Notes: a model not told the origin generated them from the sequence alone. DNA of 64,000 nucleotides from a virus (IMGVR_UViG_3300025154_000076:8080-72079), one strand, 5' to 3'. Positions 51,053-60,702 are shown, counted from the stretch's first letter. Numbers and translations: made by a program.

Positions 51053-52171
51053 CTAATGGCTTACGTTAGCGTACAAAGGGTTGTCCCTAACCCCAAAATT
51101 CTTTATATTATATGCAGCATTCAAATCCCTATCTATTGAATTATTACACTTATCACAATTGTAAGTTCTATCTGAAAGTTTTAAATCTTTCTTGTGATTT
51201 CCACAATTAGAACATACTTTACTGCTTGGTTCAAATCTGCCAATTACAACAAGATTTTTACCTTGCCATTCAGTTTTATATTCAAGCATTGTTCTTAATT
51301 GTCGCCAACCCATTTCAGATATGGCTTTAGCTAAATTATGGTTCTTAACCATATTACTAACTGCTAAATCTTCTAATACAATTGTGTTATACGTGTTTAC
51401 TAATTCAGTAGATATTTTATGCAAGTAATCAGTCCTTTGGTTACGGATTTTTTCTTGCAATAATGCTACTTTTAATTTTTGTTTTTCTCTATTTATTGAA
51501 CCTTTCTGTTTTCTTGCAAAGCTTCTCTGTTCAACTCTTAATCTTCTTTGTTGCGATTTGAAAAAGTTTTTATTTTCATACACCACACCATCAGAAGTAA
51601 TTGCTAAATCTTTAATCCCAAAATCAATACCAACAGATGTTTCGGATTTAATTGGTTTTTGCTTTGGTTTTTCTATTTGTGTATCAACCAATATTGATAC
51701 AAAGTATTTACCAGTAACAGTTTTGCTTAATGTAACTCTTTTTGGTAATCCTTTGAACAATCTATGATAATCAATAGCAACCTCTTTTAATTTAGGTAAT
51801 TTTAAAATGTTGTTATCAAAATCAACCTCAAAACCTTGTGGAAATGTAACTGACTGCTTAGAGTATCTATTCTTGTATTTAGGAAACTGACCTTTGCCTT
51901 TAAAAAAGTTTTGATATGCTGTATCTAAATTGATAATACTATGTTGTAGTATTTGACTTGGACATTCTTTAATGTAATCAAATTCCTTTCTTAATTCTGG
52001 AAGTTGTTTAATTAAATCATATTTAGATATTGATGTTTTATTTGAAGCATACGCAACAGTCTTGGTCTCTAAACCAAGATTATATACCAATCTATTTACA
52101 CCAAAATACCTTTGTAATTGGTTTTTTTGGTCATCCGTTGGGAATATTCTGTATTTGTATCCTTTAAGCAT
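51053..52171 (-). CDS. tnpB: TnpB RNA-guided endonuclease
   Basis: GYKYRIFPT HTH; RuvC GIDFG / VLEDL / DRDLNAA; CSNC...CDKC Zn finger. Confidence 0.95.
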   Translation of the reverse strand: MLKGYKYRIFPTDDQKNQLQRYFGVNRLVYNLGLETKTVAYASNKTSISKYDLIKQLPELRKEFDYIKECPSQILQHSIINLDTAYQNFFKGKGQFPKYKNRYSKQSVTFPQGFEVDFDNNILKLPKLKEVAIDYHRLFKGLPKRVTLSKTVTGKYFVSILVDTQIEKPKQKPIKSETSVGIDFGIKDLAITSDGVVYENKNFFKSQQRRLRVEQRSFARKQKGSINREKQKLKVALLQEKIRNQRTDYLHKISTELVNTYNTIVLEDLAVSNMVKNHNLAKAISEMGWRQLRTMLEYKTEWQGKNLVVIGRFEPSSKVCSNCGNHKKDLKLSDRTYNCDKCNNSIDRDLNAAYNIKNFGVRDNPLYANVSH

Positions 52172-52317
52172 ATATTATTAAATAGTCTAAACTTTTGTAA
52201 AAGTACAACATTTTTATCTAAATTACAAGTTTTGGTTAAATTTATTTTATTTGATACCGTATTTTGTTTAAATCATTCCGTCTTTGGTTGTAAATAATTT
52301 AAACAAAATACTACATT

Positions 52318-52722
52318 ATGCAATCAAATTACATTTCTACAAATCATTCAAAACACTATTTAAAATGTCATCTAATTCTCGTTACTAAGTATCGTAAAAA
52401 TATGTTAGTTGGTCAATTAAATGATGATTTAAAAGATATATTCAGTTCCATAGCAGATAACTCAGATTTTGAAATAGAAGTTATGGAGTCTGATGTAAAC
52501 CATATTCATTTCTTAATTAGGTACATACCTCGCCTATCTATATCCCAAATGGTTCGTAGGCTTAAACAAGAATCTACTCGTCAGTTATGGTTATTGCATC
52601 ATACTACTTTACGTCAGTATTATTGGTATCGTAAAATACTTTGGAGTGATGGGTTCTTCGTTTGTTCAATAGGTGAAGCAAGTCCAGATACTATCCGTCA
52701 ATATATTTTAAGCCAAGGTTAA
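52318..52722 (+). CDS. tnpA: IS200-type Y1 HUH transposase
   Basis: HLILVTKYR, HIH, LKQES, LWSDGFF, IRQYILSQ. Confidence 0.95.
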   Translation: MQSNYISTNHSKHYLKCHLILVTKYRKNMLVGQLNDDLKDIFSSIADNSDFEIEVMESDVNHIHFLIRYIPRLSISQMVRRLKQESTRQLWLLHHTTLRQYYWYRKILWSDGFFVCSIGEASPDTIRQYILSQG

Positions 52723-52788
52723 TCATACCTTTGTCGCTTACATCCCATCCACGCTAAAAAGCGATGAATGGGTTTTACGCTCCTTTTT

Positions 52789-52947
52789 ATCAATAGGTAT
52801 GATAATAACAGCAGCAGGAACTAAGCATCCCAGAGAAAGCCTGCTTCCATTTTCATTATAGTGTTCACAATCCATACATTCAACATCTTTTGTCATTGTA
52901 GCTGTATTCAAATGATCACACTCCGCATTAATATAATCACATCTCAT
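52789..52947 (-). pseudogene. small Cys-rich gene interrupted by the IS
   Basis: ORF 52738..52947 reads into the IS left end right after ATT GAT. Confidence 0.45.
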
Positions 52948-52995
52948 AATTTATTATTTTAAGATTTAATAACTTCATTTCATCAGAATAATGGG

Positions 52996-53286
52996 TTACA
53001 GATAAAAGCTTTCAAACATTATTACTACAAATGACCTTACATATTCAAATAATTCTTTTTTTCCTTCCGGCATTTCCTTTCCTGGTTCACAACTCATAAA
53101 ATATATCAGGGCTGCATCGGTGTGCAGGGCAGAGGCTATATCTGTTAATGTAGTATATGTAGGATTAAATCTACCATTTTCTATTTGGTTCATAGATGTT
53201 GTACTCAATCCACACATCTTGGCCAGTTCTTTTTGTGATAACCCTTTATTCTTTCTTAGTTTTGTTATTGTAGCTCCTATATTCAT
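52996..53286 (-). CDS. XRE-family HTH regulator
   Basis: LRKNKGLSQKELAKMCGLSTTSMNQIENGRFNP. Confidence 0.9.
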   Translation of the reverse strand: MNIGATITKLRKNKGLSQKELAKMCGLSTTSMNQIENGRFNPTYTTLTDIASALHTDAALIYFMSCEPGKEMPEGKKELFEYVRSFVVIMFESFYL

Positions 53287-53331
53287 AACTTTATAATTTA
53301 AAAATTTAAGACAAACTTAATAAAAATTACA

Positions 53332-53865
53332 TTAATTCCCGATCGGCGCATACATTTTGTATCTTATCGTGTAACCATTAATCATATTTCCTTTTTTTAT
53401 GGCCCGATATACCTTCATCCTACTTACCCCAAAGTGCTTCAATAGGTCATTTATACTACTAAAATAAAGGGTTTCAGAAGAATTAAAGGCTTCCATCTTT
53501 CGCATTGTACCCTTATCATTAACCAAAGCAGCTATATCTTCAGGCATCTTCAGATCATAAAAGGTTTTTTCATCAATAGTGTTGAATTTACAAAATGTCT
53601 TTTTTACATATTCAAGGTTTTCAACGCAATTATTCATCCTATTGCAATCTATATGACTTATAGCATACCCATCAGGCATTGGTTCCAGAAAGTGAGAAGA
53701 AACCAAAACATGGGCATAATAATGGGTTCCTTCTATAAAATACCTAACATAACTATACCTCCCCACAATAATGGGTTTCAAATATCTCTTTAATACATAA
53801 GAATAAACCAACCCCATATCTGTTATTCCATATCTATTACCCATTCCTATCATATACACTATCAT
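53332..53865 (-). CDS. HNH (HNH_3/NUMOD4-like) homing endonuclease-like protein
   Basis: YGITDMGLV, HVLVSSHFL, ISHIDCNRMNNCVENLEY; NUMOD1-like C-terminus. Confidence 0.75.
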   Translation of the reverse strand: MIVYMIGMGNRYGITDMGLVYSYVLKRYLKPIIVGRYSYVRYFIEGTHYYAHVLVSSHFLEPMPDGYAISHIDCNRMNNCVENLEYVKKTFCKFNTIDEKTFYDLKMPEDIAALVNDKGTMRKMEAFNSSETLYFSSINDLLKHFGVSRMKVYRAIKKGNMINGYTIRYKMYAPIGN

Positions 53866-53992
53866 AACTACATCTATTTAATTAAAACCTATTAATACAC
53901 TCAATACAAATCCATCCTCTGTTATTCGATATTTTCCATCTGTCCCTCTTATTATTATTCCTTTATTCATAATTAATCACATTTTAATTATA

Positions 53993-54024
53993 CAAATATA
54001 TGCAATTAATACAATATATCCAAA
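53993..54024 (-). promoter_or_regulatory. Bacteroidota sigma promoter (leftward)
   Basis: minus-strand TTTG-N20-TATATTTG. Confidence 0.55.
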
Positions 54025-54574
54025 CTTATTTATGTTTCACTTATATTATACCCATATTATTAGATGTACAAAAATAAAATATAAAATAAAAATGGGATTT
54101 TGTGGATGTAGTCGATATATATAGGGTACACACCAGATGTGGCGCAAAATGCGGATTTGCGGGGGTGTGGGGGTGTTTTCGGAATCGCATAAAACAAACG
54201 AAATGCAGTGCTAATAATATATATATGATCTTGCCTATTGCGTGGAAAGCATATATTGTTATATATTGTATGAATCATAATCTTAATTATTGGGCTTATT
54301 CCGTTTCCCTAACTGCCTGATAATCACTCGTGCAAGACAAATGAGAGTATAAGAATGCAGAAAGCGAATGTAAATAGGGCAATTGTGGACAGGTTGGCAG
54401 GTGTTCAGGTTGTGTCCTGATGGTTGTGTAATTAGTAGAAAAATTGGCATCCAGGGCGCAAGATAGGACACAAAAAAAGTAATAATTACCCTTAATTCAT
54501 TGAATTTACGTATATTTATTAAATTTGAATCACAATTTTAAATTGAAAAAAATTAAATAAGCAATAAAACAACA

Positions 54575-54916
54575 ATGTCAACAAGAAAACATAAGCAGCA
54601 TAGCTATATAATAGATACAATACTAAGGAGCTATAATATAAGTAATACAATAGGTCTTAAGTATAATGAGATAATACTCTTAGTTTCATTATTTTATAGA
54701 ACCCTTTATTTTGATTGTACTTTTAAAAGTACAGTTGAAAACATAACTATAATAACAAACATAAGATATAATACTGTCAGTATGCTATTAAATGACTTAA
54801 TCAAATCTAAATATGTAATTAAAATCGGATTAATATATAATATTAGCGATAAAGGTAAACATCTCATAAAAAACTATCTGGCTGTAGTAGAATCTACTAA
54901 CTTATATTTAAAATAA
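54575..54916 (+). CDS. winged-HTH-like protein
   Basis: VSMLLNDLIKSKYV...YNISDKGK MarR-like pattern. Confidence 0.5.
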   Translation: MSTRKHKQHSYIIDTILRSYNISNTIGLKYNEIILLVSLFYRTLYFDCTFKSTVENITIITNIRYNTVSMLLNDLIKSKYVIKIGLIYNISDKGKHLIKNYLAVVESTNLYLK

Positions 54917-55141
54917 TCCGAAACCCCTTATTTCCATATTTTCCTCATCCTTCGCAAAAATCCGACAAGTCGCACAACCGGGTCAATATAAAAGCTGATC
55001 TATATCATGCTGTTGTATGTTCTATAACAGGTATTAAGTTGATGGAACCCATTATTTTGATTTTTCATGAATTTTTATTCATTTGTAATTATTTGAATAT
55101 CAATAGATAAAGTATTTTTTAACAAAATAAATGTTAAAATA

Positions 55142-55173
55142 TTTGCAGAATGATTGTAATGGGTATAGATTTA
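55142..55173 (+). promoter_or_regulatory. putative early promoter
   Basis: TTTG-N20-TAGATTTA upstream of the early gene block. Confidence 0.45.
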
Positions 55174-55205
55174 CATAACAAATTCATTCACTAAAAAAAT
55201 TAGCA

Positions 55206-55982
55206 ATGAAAAAAATAGAAATTATGAACTTATTCGCTGAAAATGAGGTGAAAAGTACAAATGTAAAGAGTTTTATTAATAAAAATAAAGCTTTAAAATT
55301 GAATTACGAAATATGTCTTAAATGGCTAAAAATAAAAGAAAGCAAGGAAAGTGAATTTTTATCAAAAAAACAACAAACAAGACAAGCAAAACAATTCGGG
55401 TTTTCAGTTAAGAAATATATTGTATTAAAAGAAAAATCAGAGCGTTTATTAAATGATTTTTTCACAGGGCATTCAATGGGATGTTATAGAACCCTTTCCC
55501 TAATAGGAAATAGAACACCTTTTGCAACAAATAATATTCTTAGTATTTATTCTAAGAGTTACAAATTTAAGCCGAGTTATGGTGAAATAAATATAATTTT
55601 AACTAAAAAAGAACTTGAAAATATTGAAAACATTGCCGGAGTTTGGACAATAAAAGGTAAACATCATGCTGCTAAATGGTTGGAATCACGTGGGAATAAA
55701 CAAAGTTATAGTGTTAATTTTGTTTCCGGTTATTTATTTGCAGATATTCATGGGAAAACGTTAAAAGAAGCAAAGGACTTATTTGGCAAAAGATTAGTAC
55801 AATTAAAAAGAGAAAAATTATCAAATGCGAAATTTGTAGGGTATAAACATTTAAAAGAAGCTGGGGCATGTGATCCAGGAATTAATTCATTTATTGAAAA
55901 ACATAAACTAAATAAAGAGTATGGTTATAATTTGGGGTATTTAAAAAGCCTTGAATATAATTCATTTTTAGATAAATTATAA
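55206..55982 (+). CDS. hypothetical early protein
   Basis: 258 aa; LKEAGACDPGINSF motif. Confidence 0.7.
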   Translation: MKKIEIMNLFAENEVKSTNVKSFINKNKALKLNYEICLKWLKIKESKESEFLSKKQQTRQAKQFGFSVKKYIVLKEKSERLLNDFFTGHSMGCYRTLSLIGNRTPFATNNILSIYSKSYKFKPSYGEINIILTKKELENIENIAGVWTIKGKHHAAKWLESRGNKQSYSVNFVSGYLFADIHGKTLKEAKDLFGKRLVQLKREKLSNAKFVGYKHLKEAGACDPGINSFIEKHKLNKEYGYNLGYLKSLEYNSFLDKL

Positions 55983-56019
55983 TCCTGCCAGTTTCGCTAA
56001 TTCTGACAGGATTAGCAGG

Positions 56020-56047
56020 CCCCGGACTGAAACAAATCCGGGGTTTT
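56020..56047 (+). terminator. intrinsic terminator
   Basis: CCCCGGA...TCCGGGG followed by TTTT. Confidence 0.55.
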
Positions 56048-56085
56048 GGTAGTGAAAAATGTTTATTAATTAAAAAAAAATAGCC

Positions 56086-56541
56086 ATGAAAACCTACAAG
56101 TCTTATATTAAAGAATATAATCTAAAAGTTGAAGAGCGAAACACAACCTTTGAAAAGGTAAAGATCACAACTGTCATTGATGCAGCTAACTATATAAGAA
56201 AGCATTTATATAGTGACGATTTAATTATTTACGAATTATTCTTTATGTTATTGCTAAACCGGGGAAATAATGTAATCGGATTTGTAAAAATAAGTCAGGG
56301 AGGCTTAAGTGGAACGGTAACAGATGTACGAATGATTTGTAAATATGCTATTGATACACTGGCAACAGCTGTAATTATAGCACACAACCACCCATCCGGG
56401 AATGAACAACCAAGCACCCATGACATATCAATGACTACTAAAATACAACAGGCATTAAAATTATTTGATGTGACATTATTAGATCATGTCATTATTACTG
56501 AAAATAATCACTATTCACTTTCTGACAATGGTATTTTTTAA
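56086..56541 (+). CDS. RadC-like JAB/MPN domain protein
   Basis: ELFFMLLLNRGN, ISQGGLSGT, IAHNHPSG..PS.HD, LLDHVII. Confidence 0.92.
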   Translation: MKTYKSYIKEYNLKVEERNTTFEKVKITTVIDAANYIRKHLYSDDLIIYELFFMLLLNRGNNVIGFVKISQGGLSGTVTDVRMICKYAIDTLATAVIIAHNHPSGNEQPSTHDISMTTKIQQALKLFDVTLLDHVIITENNHYSLSDNGIF

Positions 56542-56570
56542 CCCATTATTTTAACTTAACAATTAATATC

Positions 56571-56780
56571 ATGAAAATAAATAACACAATAACCGAAGTA
56601 AGAAAATCAGGGAATAGATTATTAAAAAAAAGTAATAGCAGAATATCTGTAATAGTTTTAACACCTTATTCCACAACAAATGCAAATTATGGGATCCAAT
56701 TTTGGACAACTGAAATGATTAAAATTGGTACTTCAATAAATACAGACAACACAATCAGCACATTTATAGAAAAATTATAA
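56571..56780 (+). CDS. hypothetical protein
   Basis: 69-aa ORF. Confidence 0.55.
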   Translation: MKINNTITEVRKSGNRLLKKSNSRISVIVLTPYSTTNANYGIQFWTTEMIKIGTSINTDNTISTFIEKL

Positions 56781-56791
56781 AAACATAAAAC

Positions 56792-57106
56792 ATGAACTCA
56801 AAAAACTTATCTAAAATAATTAAAGGCACAAATGCAGCCTTTGTTAATAAACTTTCTGATGCTGAATGTGAAAAACTTGCAAAAGAAATATTACAAACAA
56901 ATAAAGTAATAAGTAAAGAACCGGAACCCATTATTTTCTTCTGTGAAAATTGTGGAAGTAAAAACATAGAGCAAAAGATATGGGTAAATGCTAATACAAA
57001 TGAAAAATTTGGTACTATTAGCGCAATGGATGATCGCTGGTGTTGTGATTGCGAAGAACATGTAAATTTTGTAACAGATCCGAAATTAATTGAACTACCA
57101 TTTTAA
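56792..57106 (+). CDS. Zn-ribbon hypothetical protein
   Basis: CENCGS...WVNAN...WCCDC. Confidence 0.65.
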   Translation: MNSKNLSKIIKGTNAAFVNKLSDAECEKLAKEILQTNKVISKEPEPIIFFCENCGSKNIEQKIWVNANTNEKFGTISAMDDRWCCDCEEHVNFVTDPKLIELPF

Positions 57107-57117
57107 AACTAAATACT

Positions 57118-57387
57118 ATGAAAACAAAAGCAGAATTAACCGGTAGAAAAAAAATTGTAAAATTGGTAACTGGATTGAATTATTATTCAACTAAACAAAC
57201 AATACCGGTATTAGGGAAACTCCCTTCTAAAAAAATAAATAAAGGTTCTGATCATTCAGATTGGGGAATAGATTTAGGACTTAGAAAAGCAACAATAACT
57301 GAAATAACAGTTGATAAATTTGATCCACAAAATTATTGTTCAATTATAGTTGATGGAGCTGTTTTACTAAAAGAAATTGATTATTAA
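57118..57387 (+). CDS. hypothetical protein
   Basis: 89-aa ORF. Confidence 0.6.
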   Translation: MKTKAELTGRKKIVKLVTGLNYYSTKQTIPVLGKLPSKKINKGSDHSDWGIDLGLRKATITEITVDKFDPQNYCSIIVDGAVLLKEIDY

Positions 57388-57410
57388 TTACCATTTTTAA
57401 ACCCCTTATT

Positions 57411-57695
57411 ATGAAAACAAACGAATTGTTATATAGAGCAGAAAATAGAGGATGCTTTTTGGAATGTACCTGTGTTAATATAAATCAAAATACATGGGAT
57501 GAATTAATGAAAAATAATACAAAAGCAAATCAAAAACAAGCTGTAAAAATTGCTTTATTAGCTGGTGTTATTGATGAACATGAAGCAAAAAAAGAAATAA
57601 AAAACCCCTGGTATAATCCATATAATCATTATAAAACTAAAACACATTTAATTTATGTTCATTCATGTATAGAACATTTTATAAAAATTAATTAG
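57411..57695 (+). CDS. hypothetical protein
   Basis: 94-aa ORF, NPY..YKTKTHLIYVHSCIEHF. Confidence 0.65.
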   Translation: MKTNELLYRAENRGCFLECTCVNINQNTWDELMKNNTKANQKQAVKIALLAGVIDEHEAKKEIKNPWYNPYNHYKTKTHLIYVHSCIEHFIKIN

Positions 57696-58122
57696 AAACC
57701 CCTTATTTTTCACTTAATAAATATAGATATGAAAACAAAGAAAATTAAAAAAAGATTAGAATATTTAAGGCAGGAGATAAAAGGTGAGTGCATAAGTTAT
57801 GGAGAGTTAATGGAATTAAAAGCATTAGCAAAATATATCAATATTTGCAACCGGGAAAATAACTACAATTGAAATAAGGGAAAGTATAATGGGTCAAAAT
57901 GGAAAAACTATTTCAATTGCATTTAAAGGAATGGATCCGGCAAAAGTGAAAGAACTAATTCTTAAAAATTTATAAGCCATGACATACCAAATAATCTTTA
58001 TTCAGGATACGCAGAAACCCATTATTGAGATAGTAAATAATGATACAATTCAGGATGCTATAAATAGTCTTATTGCCTTATATGGTAAAATTAAAATAAT
58101 CAGAATTAAAATAATTTAATAC

Positions 58123-58512
58123 TTGGAAAACATGAAAGCAATTAATGAACATATTCAGGTATATGCGATATGGGTAAATGGAAGGGATATTGAAGATATT
58201 AATCAATCTTTTCCTGTCAATACTAATATTGATACTAATATATGGCATAGTGATTTTAAAAAAGCGGTAAAAGATTATTTTAATGCTAAAGTAAAAGATT
58301 CTGAAGGTGAGTATGGATGTTACTCAGAAATATATAAGGACTATCATGTTGGATTATTTTCAATTGATATTAATATTAAAGAATTTGAAAATAAATTTGA
58401 TTTGGATTTTGATATTAATAATGAAGATGTACAAGATATAATTCCTAATTATGTAAATTATGATTTTAATGTTGTTGCCGAAAGAATAGGAAAATTTATT
58501 AAATCAAAATAA
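58123..58512 (+). CDS. hypothetical protein
   Basis: acidic ORF, likely start ATG 58132. Confidence 0.6.
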   Translation: MENMKAINEHIQVYAIWVNGRDIEDINQSFPVNTNIDTNIWHSDFKKAVKDYFNAKVKDSEGEYGCYSEIYKDYHVGLFSIDINIKEFENKFDLDFDINNEDVQDIIPNYVNYDFNVVAERIGKFIKSK

Positions 58513-58698
58513 AGGGTTATAACCCCTTATCTTAAAAACCTAAAAACGATTTTAACATGGAAATAACAAAGGAAATAAAACAGACAAACGATTTACTAAG
58601 GATGATAGTTAAAAATGAAAATTTGACCCCTCTATGCCTTAGATTAATCGAAATTAGAATTAAACTTAATGAACTAACAATTAAAAAACAGTAATATT

Positions 58699-59337
58699 AT
58701 GAAAAAAGTAAAAGGTTATAAAGCTTATAATAAAGGCTTAGTTTGTAAAGATTTTCAATTTGAAGAAAATAAAACATTTACAATTGAAGGAGAACCCATT
58801 ATTTGTCAGAAAGGGTTCCATTTTTACGAAAATCCTCTTGATACACTTAATTATTATGATTTGTGCGAAAGTGAATTTACCACCGTAGAAGCAATAGGAA
58901 ATGTAACTCATAATGAAGATACCAAAATAGCAACAAATAAAATTAAAATAGGTAAAAAGCTAAGTTTACATGAATTTATAAATGCAAGTATAGCTTATTT
59001 AATAGAACAAAATAAAATTGAAGCTGCATCGGGAAATTATAGTAAACTGGCTGCATCGGGAGATTATAGTAAACTGGCTGCATCGGGAGATTATAGTCAA
59101 CTGGCTGCATCGGGAGATTTTAGTAAACTTGAATTAAACGGTAACAAATCGGTAGGTGCAAACATTGGAATAAATGGAACAATAAAGGGAGTTAAGGGTT
59201 CATGGATAACCTTAGCAGAATATAATTCTAATTACGAATGTATATGTATAAAATCTGCAATTATTGATGGTATAGAATTAAAAGAAAATACCTGGTATAA
59301 ATTAAAAAAAGGATTATTCACTGAAACAAACAATTAA
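58699..59337 (+). CDS. conserved phage protein with 9-aa AASGDYSKL repeats
   Basis: GYKAYNKGLVC.DFQF...C..GFHF.ENPLD N-terminus; LKENTWY C-terminus. Confidence 0.8.
   Translation: MKKVKGYKAYNKGLVCKDFQFEENKTFTIEGEPIICQKGFHFYENPLDTLNYYDLCESEFTTVEAIGNVTHNEDTKIATNKIKIGKKLSLHEFINASIAYLIEQNKIEAASGNYSKLAASGDYSKLAASGDYSQLAASGDFSKLELNGNKSVGANIGINGTIKGVKGSWITLAEYNSNYECICIKSAIIDGIELKENTWYKLKKGLFTETNN
59023..59129. repeat. 27-bp tandem repeat x4
   Basis: GCTGCATCGGGAGATTATAGTAAACTG units. Confidence 0.9.
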
Positions 59338-59350
59338 ATATATAGAAAAT

Positions 59351-59698
59351 ATGGAAACAACTAAATTAATTGCCTTTCTAAAGAAAGCAAAACAGGTGAA
59401 GAACAAAACAGATATTCCTATTTGTGATTATATTCTGATTAAAGATCAGGAAATGAATGTTACCAATTTGGATATATTTTACAAAATGTATTTTAGCGAA
59501 CTCGATATGAAATGTATTTGCCTTATCCCTTTTGATTATTTGTACAAAATCGCAACAAAGGTAAATAAGGGGAAAATAAACCTGAACATATCGGGTGAAA
59601 TAATCACAGAAAAGGGAACATTTAAATATGATATATCAGACATGAATGTTGCTAATGCCAATGATGGTAAACTAAAAAGGGAATACATGGGTTCGTAA
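59351..59698 (+). CDS. sliding-clamp (beta) N-terminal-like protein, probably truncated
   Basis: KTDIPICDYILI...VTNLDI resembles beta-clamp domain I; only 115 aa. Confidence 0.4.
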   Translation: METTKLIAFLKKAKQVKNKTDIPICDYILIKDQEMNVTNLDIFYKMYFSELDMKCICLIPFDYLYKIATKVNKGKINLNISGEIITEKGTFKYDISDMNVANANDGKLKREYMGS

Positions 59699-59731
59699 TT
59701 ATGAAAAAAACACTAACTTTAATAAAAAAAA

Positions 59732-59917
59732 GTGGAAACAGTAAATAGTACAACAAAGAAAATAGATAAAAAAAATGCTAAGATATTTGTTTTGTTAATT
59801 TTTATTTTTGGTTTAGTTGCTTTCTTTAGCTATTTGATTGAAAATTATGAACCCATTATTTCGGATAAACCCGAACCCATTCTTGAAGGATGGGAGGAAA
59901 TAAAAATTGTTGACTAA
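59732..59917 (+). CDS. small membrane protein
   Basis: TM segment; stop codon overlaps site S1 core. Confidence 0.45.
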   Translation: METVNSTTKKIDKKNAKIFVLLIFIFGLVAFFSYLIENYEPIISDKPEPILEGWEEIKIVD

Positions 59918-60040
59918 CGGTGGTGGTATGGTTAGTTGCCGATTGCGGACGACACACTATCCATCGACACAGAATTACAAGCGGGTGGTAACGCTTAAAA
60001 TTAGTACTAATACGGCAATTAACTATACCACGGGTTAGCT
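59912..60040 (+). repeat. attC-like hairpin site S1
   Basis: GACTAAC...GTGGTATGGTTAGTTGCCG / CGGCAATTAACTATACCAC...GTTAGCT. Confidence 0.8.
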
Positions 60041-60062
60041 GCTGGGCTTTATTAAAATCAAA

Positions 60063-60308
60063 ATGAACTTATACGAAATAGAAGGAAAACTAAGAGACAA
60101 AGCAGACAAATGGGAATTGCATAATGTCCAAAATGAAAATCGGGAATTGAAAAGCAAAATACACGAACTGGAAAGGAGGATAGGCAATTTAGAAGGAGTA
60201 AATAGCAATAAGAATTATTTGCTTGAAAGGCTTTTAAACTTGCTTGCAGAAAACGTTTCCCTAAATGAAATATCAAATGAACTTTACGAGCTTCGGGGCA
60301 GTCTTTAG
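60063..60308 (+). CDS. coiled-coil hypothetical protein (cassette)
   Basis: 81 aa between S1 and S2. Confidence 0.7.
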   Translation: MNLYEIEGKLRDKADKWELHNVQNENRELKSKIHELERRIGNLEGVNSNKNYLLERLLNLLAENVSLNEISNELYELRGSL

Positions 60309-60314
60309 CCTTGC

Positions 60315-60521
60315 AGCTAACGACTACGGCTATGCACATGTAATTTTAACGACTTAAAAACGAGGAATAATGACACAAGAAGAATTTAACAAAGCACCGT
60401 TATTAAACCAAATACTGTACGATGAAACAGGTATGTTGGTAGAGAACCACCCAAGTATTGCCGAAGCTATGGAGAAATACCACCAAGCTAAGTTAAAATT
60501 ATTGGGTATAGCCGATGTATC
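60315..60521 (+). repeat. attC-like site S2 (degenerate right core)
   Basis: AGCTAAC-GACTA-CGGCTATGC ... GTATAGCCG-AT-GTATC. Confidence 0.55.
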
Positions 60522-60702
60522 TGTAAAAATTACGGATATGATACACATAATTAACTTTGTAGTAAAATCATTGGCAACAGTAATATTATTTTTTCCAATT
60601 GGTGGATGTTTGACATTACTATCAATAGTATTTTGGGATGCAAAGTATCTCGAAGTTGGGAATGATATATTGGAAAAAATGATATGGAAGAAAAGGCAGT
60701 AA
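60370..60702 (+). CDS. hypothetical membrane protein starting inside the S2 loop
   Basis: LGIADVS is encoded by the S2 right arm; TM segment. Confidence 0.6.
   Translation: MTQEEFNKAPLLNQILYDETGMLVENHPSIAEAMEKYHQAKLKLLGIADVSVKITDMIHIINFVVKSLATVILFFPIGGCLTLLSIVFWDAKYLEVGNDILEKMIWKKRQ

Larger units (their letters stand above)
51000..52788 (-). mobile_element. IS200/IS605-family element with divergent tnpA/tnpB
   Basis: subterminal hairpins CCCACACACTAAAAAGATGTGTGGG (51008-51032) and CCCATCCACGCTAAAAAGCGATGAATGGG (52744-52772); minus strand ends in TTCAC at 51000 and is preceded by TTGAT at 52789-52793. Confidence 0.9.

Noticed and set aside
54060-54471. Short ORFs in the divergence region
   Set aside because: Overlapping on both strands, atypical composition, no recognisable motifs.
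44494-59698. Integrase for the cassette array
   Set aside because: No ORF shows the tyrosine-recombinase R...HxxR...Y pattern. TnpA is a HUH enzyme with its own end hairpins, which do not resemble S1-S7.
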